From positions 4,359-68,358 of the forward strand of contig JAFWUH010000048.1 of NCBI GenBank assembly GCA_017524165.1: DNA of 64,000 nucleotides. Direction: 5' to 3'. Positions 19,413 to 27,578 of the stretch are shown piece by piece. The position numbers and the translations under genes are program-made. The notes under the pieces are model-generated. The model had not been told where the DNA came from and made no database searches. It saw only the letters and a list, made by a program, of their open reading frames with translations. Each line of letters opens with the position of its first letter. The stretch's first letter is position 1. This DNA comes from Clostridia bacterium. Its GTDB lineage: Bacteria; Bacillota; Clostridia; Oscillospirales; Acutalibacteraceae.

Positions 19413-21747
19413 AATTCATATTGGCGCTTTTGGAAAACTGGAAGATTATACCCTCGATTTTCAAGACGGATTTCAAATCATCTACGGCGATAACGAGGAC
19501 GGCAAAACCACGCTGATGGTTTTTTTACGCATGATGTTCTACGGCAACAAAGGAAAGCTCGCCCGCAATTACCGAAAAAAGTATCAACCGTGGTCGGGTC
19601 GTACTATGGGTGGCAGTATCTTCTTTACGCAGGACGGTCACCGTTACTGTCTGGAACGGGAATTTCGCGGTTCGGACGCAACCGACCGCGTTACCCTGCG
19701 GGATTTGGATCTCGGAACCGCCGAACATGTCGGCTCGGATATCGGCAGTCGCTTTTTCGGGTTGAGTGCCGGTGCCTTTGAACGAAGCGTATTTATCGGT
19801 CAAAGCGGTGCCCTTGCCGCCGATGCGGAAGCCGAGGGAGAGCTGAACAACCGTCTTTCCAATCTGGCATTGACCGGGGATGAGGATGTGTCCTTTCAAA
19901 CCGTAAACGGTCGCTTGGAAACCGCCGCGCAACACCTGATCTCTCCCCGCCATGTGGGTATTTACGATAAAGGGCTTGCCGAATTAGACGCTCTGCAATC
20001 CCGGTCGGAACAAGCTGCTTTGCTTGCCCGGGAAAAGGAAGAACGGGTGATTCGCTCGGCACAGTTGAAAGACCACCTGACCGGCGTCAAAAAACAGTAC
20101 GAAAAAGTCAAACAAACGGTCGACCGCGAACAAGACTTCAACAATGCTGAAAAACTGCGGGAATATCTTGCGGAAAAAGAACGGCTGGATGAATTAAATC
20201 GCGATTTTCTGTTAGCCGACGGTAAACCGTTTGATGAAATCTTTCTCGGGAAAATCAATTTTTGCCTTGCCAAATATCGCACAGCACAAACCCGTGCCGA
20301 CGAAAAAGCCGCCGAGTGTAATGCCTTAAAAAGGGAAATTGCCTTGATCGAGCAAGCACAGAACGAACCCGGCGAGGGAAAAATAAAGCAATTAGAGGAA
20401 CAGGTTGCAGCACAGCAAAAGGATCTTGCACGGGCAACCGAAAGTCTTCACCGTGCCGAACAAGACAAGCAACAAAAAACAGCCGATTGCGAAGCCGCAA
20501 AAAGCAGAAAAAAACCGTTTCATCCGGTTCTTTTCCTGCTCGGTATCGTGGCAACGGTCGGCGCCGTGATCCTATGGTTTTTTGCCCCCTATGCCGCAAT
20601 TGGATGCGGCACCGCCGCCTTTGTCCTGCTGTTGCTTAGTTTTCTGTTACGGCCTTCCGACCGCAAAAATCTTCTGCGATGTGAACAAGCCCTTTCGGCG
20701 GCACAATTGGCGCTGGCGGAAGCCAAAACCGCCGAAGCACAACAATACAGCAGTTTGACCGAACTGCAACGGCAGTTGACCGAGCTTTCCGCAGCACAGC
20801 ATGCCGATACAGCTGTTTTAAATGAGAAGAAACAACAGTTGGCGGATCGAACAGCTCTGGCGGATACCGCCGCCGATGCCGCCGCCAAACAGGAAACGAT
20901 CCTCTGCGAGCTTTTTGCTCAGTACAAGCCAGCGCAAGACGCCGCCGAAATTGAAGCACTTTTACCGGCGCTGACCGAACAGGTGGAAGCGCAAAAGCAA
21001 TGCAAGCTGAAATTGAAATTTTTAAGCGATGATTTGTCGCATATTTCCTACCAAGATGCCGCAAAAAAATTAGCCGAAATCGGCAATTTCCCGTTTAATG
21101 CCGAGGAATTACAAAAAGCCCATACGGAATTGGCACAGCTAAATGAACAGGGACAGCGATTGACCGCTGAACTGACCGAAATTCTAACCGAACTCCGTAC
21201 CAAATACACGCAAATTCCCCCCACCGATTCGCTTCAGCAAAGGATTGCTGACCTGAAACAACGCTTGAACGAACAGAAAGCATTTTACGATGCCGCTAAG
21301 TACGCACAAAAAATTTTGACGGATAGCTTTGCAGAATTACATCAAAGCTATGGCACCACATTGGAAAGGGAAACTTTACAGCTGTTTTCCCGCTTGACCG
21401 ATGGACGCTATCAAGCCGTTTCGATTTCTCCTTCCCTAACACTCGCCGCTTCGGCAAAGGGTGATTTTGCTTCCCGCGATGCGGATTTATTAAGTCTCGG
21501 AACCGGAGACCAAGCCTATTTAAGCCTACGATTGGCACTTTCGGCTCTTTTATGCAAAGACAACCCGATGCCGATTTTACTGGATGATGTTTTGGCACAG
21601 TATGATGATACACGCGCGGCACAGGCACTTACCGTTTTAAAAGAACAAGCCGCGCATTCACAGATTTTGTTTTTCACCTGTCATCATGCTATTTGTGACA
21701 TGGCTGAACAAAAGGATATTCCTGTGATACATCCGTTTGCTCCATAA
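19399..21747 (+). CDS. yhaN: YhaN-like AAA/SMC-type ATPase with coiled coils and a central hydrophobic hairpin
   Basis: Walker A GDNEDGKTT, signature-like LSLGTGDQ, Walker B ILLDDVLAQYD, long Q/E/A/L-rich coiled-coil regions. Start moved to TTG 19399 (GGGGAGG SD, 9-nt spacer). The ORF-track start at 19288 lies deep inside yhaO. Confidence 0.8.
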   Translation: MILNKIHIGAFGKLEDYTLDFQDGFQIIYGDNEDGKTTLMVFLRMMFYGNKGKLARNYRKKYQPWSGRTMGGSIFFTQDGHRYCLEREFRGSDATDRVTLRDLDLGTAEHVGSDIGSRFFGLSAGAFERSVFIGQSGALAADAEAEGELNNRLSNLALTGDEDVSFQTVNGRLETAAQHLISPRHVGIYDKGLAELDALQSRSEQAALLAREKEERVIRSAQLKDHLTGVKKQYEKVKQTVDREQDFNNAEKLREYLAEKERLDELNRDFLLADGKPFDEIFLGKINFCLAKYRTAQTRADEKAAECNALKREIALIEQAQNEPGEGKIKQLEEQVAAQQKDLARATESLHRAEQDKQQKTADCEAAKSRKKPFHPVLFLLGIVATVGAVILWFFAPYAAIGCGTAAFVLLLLSFLLRPSDRKNLLRCEQALSAAQLALAEAKTAEAQQYSSLTELQRQLTELSAAQHADTAVLNEKKQQLADRTALADTAADAAAKQETILCELFAQYKPAQDAAEIEALLPALTEQVEAQKQCKLKLKFLSDDLSHISYQDAAKKLAEIGNFPFNAEELQKAHTELAQLNEQGQRLTAELTEILTELRTKYTQIPPTDSLQQRIADLKQRLNEQKAFYDAAKYAQKILTDSFAELHQSYGTTLERETLQLFSRLTDGRYQAVSISPSLTLAASAKGDFASRDADLLSLGTGDQAYLSLRLALSALLCKDNPMPILLDDVLAQYDDTRAAQALTVLKEQAAHSQILFFTCHHAICDMAEQKDIPVIHPFAP

Positions 21748-21785
21748 GCAGACACTCATTTAAACAAAGCTTTCCCGACAAAAAG

Positions 21786-21830
21786 AACAGGCAGTTACCG
21801 AAAACGGTAACCGCCTGTTTGTTTTTCTCA
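21786..21830. terminator. Bidirectional terminator between yhaN and the end of operon A
   Basis: 14-bp stem ACAGGCAGTTACCG / CGGTAACCGCCTGT (one mismatch) with loop AAAA, then TTTGTTTTTCTC on the plus strand and TTCTTTTTGTC on the minus strand. Confidence 0.65.
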
Positions 21831-21853
21831 GACCATAAGTCTATGGTTTCGTT

Positions 21854-23812
21854 TTACAGCTTAACAACCTGTGTCCAGCCTTGTGTATTTAATACCGGAT
21901 AATCAACTTTTTCAAAAGAAATGCCAACAAGCAATTTTCTCATGCAAACCAAGTCGTCGGTATCGACTACGCCGGAACCGTCCAAATCAGCAACAGTCTC
22001 ATTGAAGGTAACCGTGTTGTCTGCCAAGTAAGCCTTAAAGCGGAGCAAGTCTTTGATGTCCACTGCATGATCCGCGTTTATATCGCCTTCCTCCAGCGGT
22101 ACAGACGGAATCGCCGCAATGCTGTCGATTCTCAAATAGCCGTTAGGAACGGTAGTGTCAATATAAGCACCGTCGGTAACCTGGAAGGTGAAACTCTTCA
22201 ACTGGGTGAAATCCAAAGCCGAAGCTGCCGCCAAATCCACCGTCATGGTGTACCATCCGGCAGTAGCGGTCTCCTCAACAGCGATATCGTTTAACATATA
22301 ACTATACGATTTGCCGAGGTTATCGGTCAAGGTTGCCTTGATATAATCGGCATAAGCGGTTGAAACTGTTTCCCACATATCCGGATAAGTCGGAGCATTC
22401 ATGAAACGAACCTTCCAGCTTAATCTGCCATGACGGCTGATATTTACCGGATTTTCAAAGGTGTACTTTAACGGACCGATCTTGCAGCTTCCGCCAAATA
22501 CCTGCACGGTGCCGCCGCTGAATCCGTTGGGATTGCTTGTCATATTTTCATGGTCTGCTACACCGTAATAGGTCCAGCCGGAGAGATCAGAACAGTCTTC
22601 GATTACCAGTTCTGCAACTGCCGCATAATCATAACCGTTCGGAGTTACTTTAGCAACGGTGATATTGATATTGTCAAATTTGTAAATTGTATTGGCAAGA
22701 TTGGTATCCCCGGCGCCGTTTTCATTCGTGTAAATAACGAAGGAAGAAATGTTGGTTAAATCCAAGCCGGAATTTTCCAACGAAAGTGCCACATGCCACC
22801 AGCTTGCATCAATATTGGAGAATTCCATATCCAGCAGGGAGAATTTCTTCGTATTGGTGCCGTCGCCCACTTCGACACCGATTTTATCAGAATAGGCTGC
22901 CAAAATATCGGTCATCTGGTCGGTCAGGGCGCCGACGCGCAGTGCCGTCATATCCCACTCCAATGTTTTGTATCCGTCCGCATTAATCGGATCCGCCAAA
23001 TTGTAGGTCAAGCGACGCAAAATACCGTAACCGCCTTCCAACATAACAGCGTTTCCGTTTCTGCCGGAAGAACTGTTGGTAATCGCGGCTGTACCGCTGT
23101 AAACCCAACCGGCGGTGTTTTCGCACGCACACAGCGCAATCGGATCTTTGCCCGGCTCCTGATAACCGGTAGCAACAATGTTATCTAAACGGATAACACC
23201 GTCCGAAACGGTGGATACAGTCGCGCCGTCGGTCGTTGCAAAGTAGAACGCCGTGATCGCACTCTTGTCAAAGGTTCCCATCGGCGTATTGGGAGCATCG
23301 ATTTGGACGCGGAAATGTACCCATTCCGAATTAGTAGCGCTGACTGTTGTAGTCATGGTCGACAGACGGAATACATTATAGTCCGTTGCCGAAGAAGAAA
23401 GCTTTAAGAGCATCTGGTTGTTACCGTTTGTACCGTAAGCCGCCTTGATTTGCTCCCACATGGTACCTGTTCCGCCATTGTTCTTATTTTCATAAAAACG
23501 AACATCCCACTCCAAATATTTGTAGTTGGATAAATCAAGCGGTGTTTCTCCGAAACTTAATGTTACGGTGCGGAAAGCACCGTAGTTTACCGCACAGCCG
23601 ATAGCCGAATCGGAACCGTAACCGTTGTTGTTAACATTTAACGTACCGCCGCCGCCGGTTTTGGTCCAACCGTCCAAAGAGCTGCAGTCATTGACCATTA
23701 ACGGGTCTTCACCAACCGCAGAAACGGTTAAAGCACCTGTGAAAATGGACGCGCAGAGAATTGCCAATGAAAGAGATAATGCCAGGATTTTGCTGAGTTG
23801 AATTGTTTTCAT
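21854..23812 (-). CDS. Secreted protein with three type-A CBM-like modules and a C-terminal dockerin
   Basis: Start moved to ATG 23812 (AGGAGGAAG SD) giving MKTIQLSKILALSLSLAILCASIFTGALTVSA. Three modules begin DCSSLDGW, CENTAGW and DCSDLSGW. Dockerin at the C-terminus. Confidence 0.85.
   Translation of the reverse strand: MKTIQLSKILALSLSLAILCASIFTGALTVSAVGEDPLMVNDCSSLDGWTKTGGGGTLNVNNNGYGSDSAIGCAVNYGAFRTVTLSFGETPLDLSNYKYLEWDVRFYENKNNGGTGTMWEQIKAAYGTNGNNQMLLKLSSSATDYNVFRLSTMTTTVSATNSEWVHFRVQIDAPNTPMGTFDKSAITAFYFATTDGATVSTVSDGVIRLDNIVATGYQEPGKDPIALCACENTAGWVYSGTAAITNSSSGRNGNAVMLEGGYGILRRLTYNLADPINADGYKTLEWDMTALRVGALTDQMTDILAAYSDKIGVEVGDGTNTKKFSLLDMEFSNIDASWWHVALSLENSGLDLTNISSFVIYTNENGAGDTNLANTIYKFDNINITVAKVTPNGYDYAAVAELVIEDCSDLSGWTYYGVADHENMTSNPNGFSGGTVQVFGGSCKIGPLKYTFENPVNISRHGRLSWKVRFMNAPTYPDMWETVSTAYADYIKATLTDNLGKSYSYMLNDIAVEETATAGWYTMTVDLAAASALDFTQLKSFTFQVTDGAYIDTTVPNGYLRIDSIAAIPSVPLEEGDINADHAVDIKDLLRFKAYLADNTVTFNETVADLDGSGVVDTDDLVCMRKLLVGISFEKVDYPVLNTQGWTQVVKL
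21923..22087 (-). other. Type-I-like dockerin module
   Basis: Duplicated Ca-binding loop plus helix: GDINADHAVDIKDLLRFKAYL ... DLDGSGVVDTDDLVCMRKLLVG. Confidence 0.75.
22112..23704 (-). repeat. Three tandem type-A CBM-like modules (protein-level repeat)
   Basis: Each has the shared layout D-C-x-x-x-x-GW ... GYG-x-[LF]-R ... Y-K-x-LEWD ... W-[VW]-H ... [FY]-x-x-x ... [LF]-DN-I. Confidence 0.65.
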
Positions 23813-23834
23813 CGTTCTTCCTCCTATTAAAATT

Positions 23835-26800
23835 TTACAGCCACCACGACTGTGATTGGGAAATATACCCACCGCTTCTCGAATACGGAATAATCCCGAT
23901 ATTGTTCGGCGGCGTGTTTACCGTGAGTTGTTTAACGCTGTCTGCAACCAAACGAATGCGTCCGTTTTTGTTGGTCGTGATTGAAACATTTTTTATCGGC
24001 AAAATAGAACTGGAAAGGTATAAGGAACCGCTGTTTACTTCAGCAATATGCGTTGTTTGTTCCAAATTATAATAGGTCATTTGGCAAACCAAAACCTTTC
24101 CGCCGTCTACTTGAATGGAAGCCGTACGCGGCTGACCCCATGCCTGTGTATTAAAGAGCGCCAGCGTTCCTGTTGCGGTACTGTTCATCACAATATGATG
24201 CATATCATCGGTAGCATTCATTGAAACCAATTCGGCATTGATCATTGCCACGCAATCTATTTCATGAACGACCAAGGCAGTTCTGCATCCGTCAGAACCG
24301 TGTCCGATGAAAACACCGTTGGTGCCGCCTTTCCCTTGTGAACGGAAAACCAATAAATCCTTTCCGCCGTATCCAAAGGTTCCAAGCACATGTTCCGAAG
24401 CATTATCGCCGAAAATCATGGCTTCCAAGGTCAGATTGATGGCATTGTTCAGCGCGTCGGCATTGGTCTCGCTTACGCTCAAAGTCTGGAAGTTTGCCCG
24501 CTTCCAATAATGCGGATTAAACTGAACATTTTCGACCCATCCGTTACTGTCGTTATTGCCGACAAAAATCCCCCTTCTTAACGGAGACCCGCTGACATAA
24601 CTGATATAGTGTCCATCAGACGGATTGGTGCCGAAATCCAACGCATTATACGAATTAATAAATACCGTATTAATCGCCCAGCAGTTTTGTCCGAGACTGC
24701 GTACGGTCCAGGGGTACGGAATAAAGTTTTCATAATTCTGTTCCGGATAGTAAAAACTGATTCCGTTCACGCCGGCGCCTTCTTGCAGGGAGATCAACGG
24801 CGCGGCATTTTCATTGTTTTTGCCCAAGGTGGTGCAAAGAACCGAGCCCGCCACAATCGAATGGGTCGGCACATTATAAATTCCCCGCAGTTCCACCCCG
24901 GTCGGCACGGTTAAGGGAGATGAAATATAGAACTCACCCAACGGGACATAAACCGTTCCGCCCGTTTGCGCGGCGGCGGCTAATGCCGACTGGAAAGCCG
25001 CAGTGGAATCGGTTCCGCTGACTGCGCCGTACTTGGTGACATCATATACATATTTTGAGGTCGGCGTCGGTACCGTGCGCCGATAGGTATGTGTGAAATC
25101 AGCAACCGGAAGATTCAGCGGTGTATCATCCACCAAAACAAATTTTTCCTTTCCGGCAGTCCGGGAGATGTCTTCAATAAACGGGAAGGTACATCCCAAT
25201 ACCGAAACCGATCCGGCATTTTGTTCCACTCGGACATGTTTGGTGTTCTGTGCAAAACTGCACTGCTGCAAACTCAAATTGCCGGCAGTCACCAAAACGG
25301 CATAATTCGTAACATCTTGGCAAGAAAAGTTGGAATTGGTTACTGTTACCTTTCCGTTATCTTGCGAATTCATCACAATCGGACAATTTACACTGCCGGA
25401 AAATGTTAGATTTGCGATCTCAAAACTTGCCATAAACTCCGGCTCAAATAAAAATCCGTTGGTACAGTCGGCAATCGAGACGCCCGTTAAGGCGTATCCG
25501 ATCGCATTGGTATACCGCACATCAAACGCCGTTGTGCAGTCGTGGATCGACAAATCAAATGCCTGACCGTTACTGCCGCGAACACGACCGTCGTCATTGG
25601 TATCAATATATTTTTCAAGCACGATACCACGGCTTACTCCCGAAATATCCACCTGATAAAAATACTCCCAGTCCGAACGCTGGATATAAATTCCGGTGGC
25701 ATTTTCACGGAAATATTGACGAATATTGGCGGCATTCGTTGAACTGACCGGAGAGCAGGAATTCCCGATCAAATATTCCGGGCTGATATGAATGTTTTCC
25801 AGTCTCCCGATATCCGTTACATTATTAATGCGAATCGCTTCATTTAACGAAGAAATATATACATTTTTTAAATAGTGCAATTCACTCCACGCCGTGGCGG
25901 CGTCATAGCCGACGCTGCCGCCCAGGATCGTGAGATTCATAACTGTATAGCTGTCACTGCCGACCGCAGGCAACTCGGCAATCGTCGAGCTGTATTCCGC
26001 CGTCAATCCTTTGGCGGAATCAGGATAGACAATGGTCATATTCCGAATACCGCCGCCGTTTTTTAAATTAAAGAACGGATCGGTGCATTTTGAAATATTT
26101 CCGGTTTGTACCATTAAAATCGTACCGCAACTGGCGGGTGCCGCCTCGTCCGGAGAGCGCCATTCTCCGCGCAACGTCACGCCGCTCGGAATGGTCATCG
26201 GCTTTTCACAGCGATACATGCCGGACGGCAGATATACCACACCGCCGCCCTTTGCTTTGGCGGCGTTTAACGCCCGTTGGATTGCCACAGACGAATCTCT
26301 GCTTAAATTGTTGACCGGTACGGCAAAATCACGCACCGCGTTGTAAATAGCAATGCAAAGCCCGGTACCGTCATCATACTGGAGATCCACCGCTTGCGGC
26401 TCGCCCGCTTTATAGTTTCTTTTTACCGATGCCGGCACATCTTCAACCGAAACAATCGGCGTATTATCCGTAATTTGCCGGATCCCCTGCAATTGATCGG
26501 TTGCCTCTTGCGCCGCGGTTGACGCGTAAATATCGTCCATGGAGATAACATAACCGCCGCACAGATCATCTTCTGAATAAAAGACGGAAGCGTTTCCGTT
26601 ATAATCGGTCGCACAGATATACGCACGGAACGCCAATTTTGTATTGGGTGCAAGCGACGAGAAATAGTGCGACAACGGAAGCACAAAAGCCAGCGTCTCT
26701 GCGTCATTCGGTAATGCATAAACCGTTCCGGCAGAATAATTACCTAAAAGCTTTGCATTGCCGAATTCTACCGGTTCCCCGACAAAGTTGGCGGCAACGC

Positions 26801-27557
26801 CGATCAAATACCCGACTTCCACCAACATGTAGTTATTTTTCAACTGGTCGAATGTCGCCTTTGAAACCGTTGCCATAATACGAACTTCGTCGGTTGCGTT
26901 TTTTTGAAATCCGACAATTTTAGGTGAATAATTGTGATCCATATTGGCGACAAAAGAATCAATTTGACATGTTACCGCCGGAATCGAATTGTTGAATCCG
27001 TTGGTTTCACAAACCGCCACACCAACAGCGGTAATCCTTGTTAAATCCAGCCCTACGCAATCGGAAAGGCGCACGATACCGTGATACCATCCGTTTGCGG
27101 TCACAGTAAAGTTTATTTTCTTTTGCGGGAATTTATACTCTCTTCCTGCCGCATCTTTCAAGACAAAGCAAAAAGTATCTTTATAAGCATTCCGGACATC
27201 GGGAAACAAATCGGTTTGTCCGCTTTTGGAAAAAATACGCATGTCCCAATCAATACGGTCAAATTCCGTCAAATCGCTTGCCGCGAAAGAATAGGTTAAC
27301 CGTCGAACAGAACCGTAACCGGCTGTAACCTCCAGACCCGTTCCGTCTGTTCCCTCCACGCTGTAATCTATCTCGCTGTTTCCGCGGTACTGCCAACCGG
27401 AAGTACAGTCGGACAGCACCAACTGCTTTGCAGCGGCAGAAACGGAAGCAAACGGCATCGTGACCGCCAGCAAAACAACGGCAAGCAAAACCGAGAAGAA
27501 CCGTATGGAAAAAGAATACCTTTTCTCATTCATACCGATCTTATTATCTTTTTCCAT
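23835..27557 (-). CDS. Secreted 1240-aa enzyme: one type-A CBM-like module, a beta-sandwich, and two tandem right-handed beta-helix domains (Pectate_lyase_3 type, GH55-like architecture)
   Basis: Signal peptide ...FFSVLLAVVLLAVTMPFASVSAAA. Two copies of the beta-helix N-cap signature: SSVAIQRALNAAKAKGGGVVYLPSGMYRCEKPMTIPSGVTLRGEW and YDVTKYGAVSGTDSTAAFQSALAAAAQTGGTVYVPLGEFYISSPLTVPTGVELRG. Paralog of ORF 53520..56327. Confidence 0.8.
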   Translation of the reverse strand: MEKDNKIGMNEKRYSFSIRFFSVLLAVVLLAVTMPFASVSAAAKQLVLSDCTSGWQYRGNSEIDYSVEGTDGTGLEVTAGYGSVRRLTYSFAASDLTEFDRIDWDMRIFSKSGQTDLFPDVRNAYKDTFCFVLKDAAGREYKFPQKKINFTVTANGWYHGIVRLSDCVGLDLTRITAVGVAVCETNGFNNSIPAVTCQIDSFVANMDHNYSPKIVGFQKNATDEVRIMATVSKATFDQLKNNYMLVEVGYLIGVAANFVGEPVEFGNAKLLGNYSAGTVYALPNDAETLAFVLPLSHYFSSLAPNTKLAFRAYICATDYNGNASVFYSEDDLCGGYVISMDDIYASTAAQEATDQLQGIRQITDNTPIVSVEDVPASVKRNYKAGEPQAVDLQYDDGTGLCIAIYNAVRDFAVPVNNLSRDSSVAIQRALNAAKAKGGGVVYLPSGMYRCEKPMTIPSGVTLRGEWRSPDEAAPASCGTILMVQTGNISKCTDPFFNLKNGGGIRNMTIVYPDSAKGLTAEYSSTIAELPAVGSDSYTVMNLTILGGSVGYDAATAWSELHYLKNVYISSLNEAIRINNVTDIGRLENIHISPEYLIGNSCSPVSSTNAANIRQYFRENATGIYIQRSDWEYFYQVDISGVSRGIVLEKYIDTNDDGRVRGSNGQAFDLSIHDCTTAFDVRYTNAIGYALTGVSIADCTNGFLFEPEFMASFEIANLTFSGSVNCPIVMNSQDNGKVTVTNSNFSCQDVTNYAVLVTAGNLSLQQCSFAQNTKHVRVEQNAGSVSVLGCTFPFIEDISRTAGKEKFVLVDDTPLNLPVADFTHTYRRTVPTPTSKYVYDVTKYGAVSGTDSTAAFQSALAAAAQTGGTVYVPLGEFYISSPLTVPTGVELRGIYNVPTHSIVAGSVLCTTLGKNNENAAPLISLQEGAGVNGISFYYPEQNYENFIPYPWTVRSLGQNCWAINTVFINSYNALDFGTNPSDGHYISYVSGSPLRRGIFVGNNDSNGWVENVQFNPHYWKRANFQTLSVSETNADALNNAINLTLEAMIFGDNASEHVLGTFGYGGKDLLVFRSQGKGGTNGVFIGHGSDGCRTALVVHEIDCVAMINAELVSMNATDDMHHIVMNSTATGTLALFNTQAWGQPRTASIQVDGGKVLVCQMTYYNLEQTTHIAEVNSGSLYLSSSILPIKNVSITTNKNGRIRLVADSVKQLTVNTPPNNIGIIPYSRSGGYISQSQSWWL

Positions 27558-27578
27558 GCACTTTCCCCTTTTTTTACA

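Noticed and set aside
18279-21747. The Mre11/SbcD-like nuclease plus SMC-like ATPase pair considered as a possible anti-phage defence module.
   Set aside because: The gene pair, sizes and motifs match the conserved Firmicutes yhaO-yhaN housekeeping pair. It sits in a core-gene neighbourhood (murI, argS, lon) with no mobile-element or defence-island context.
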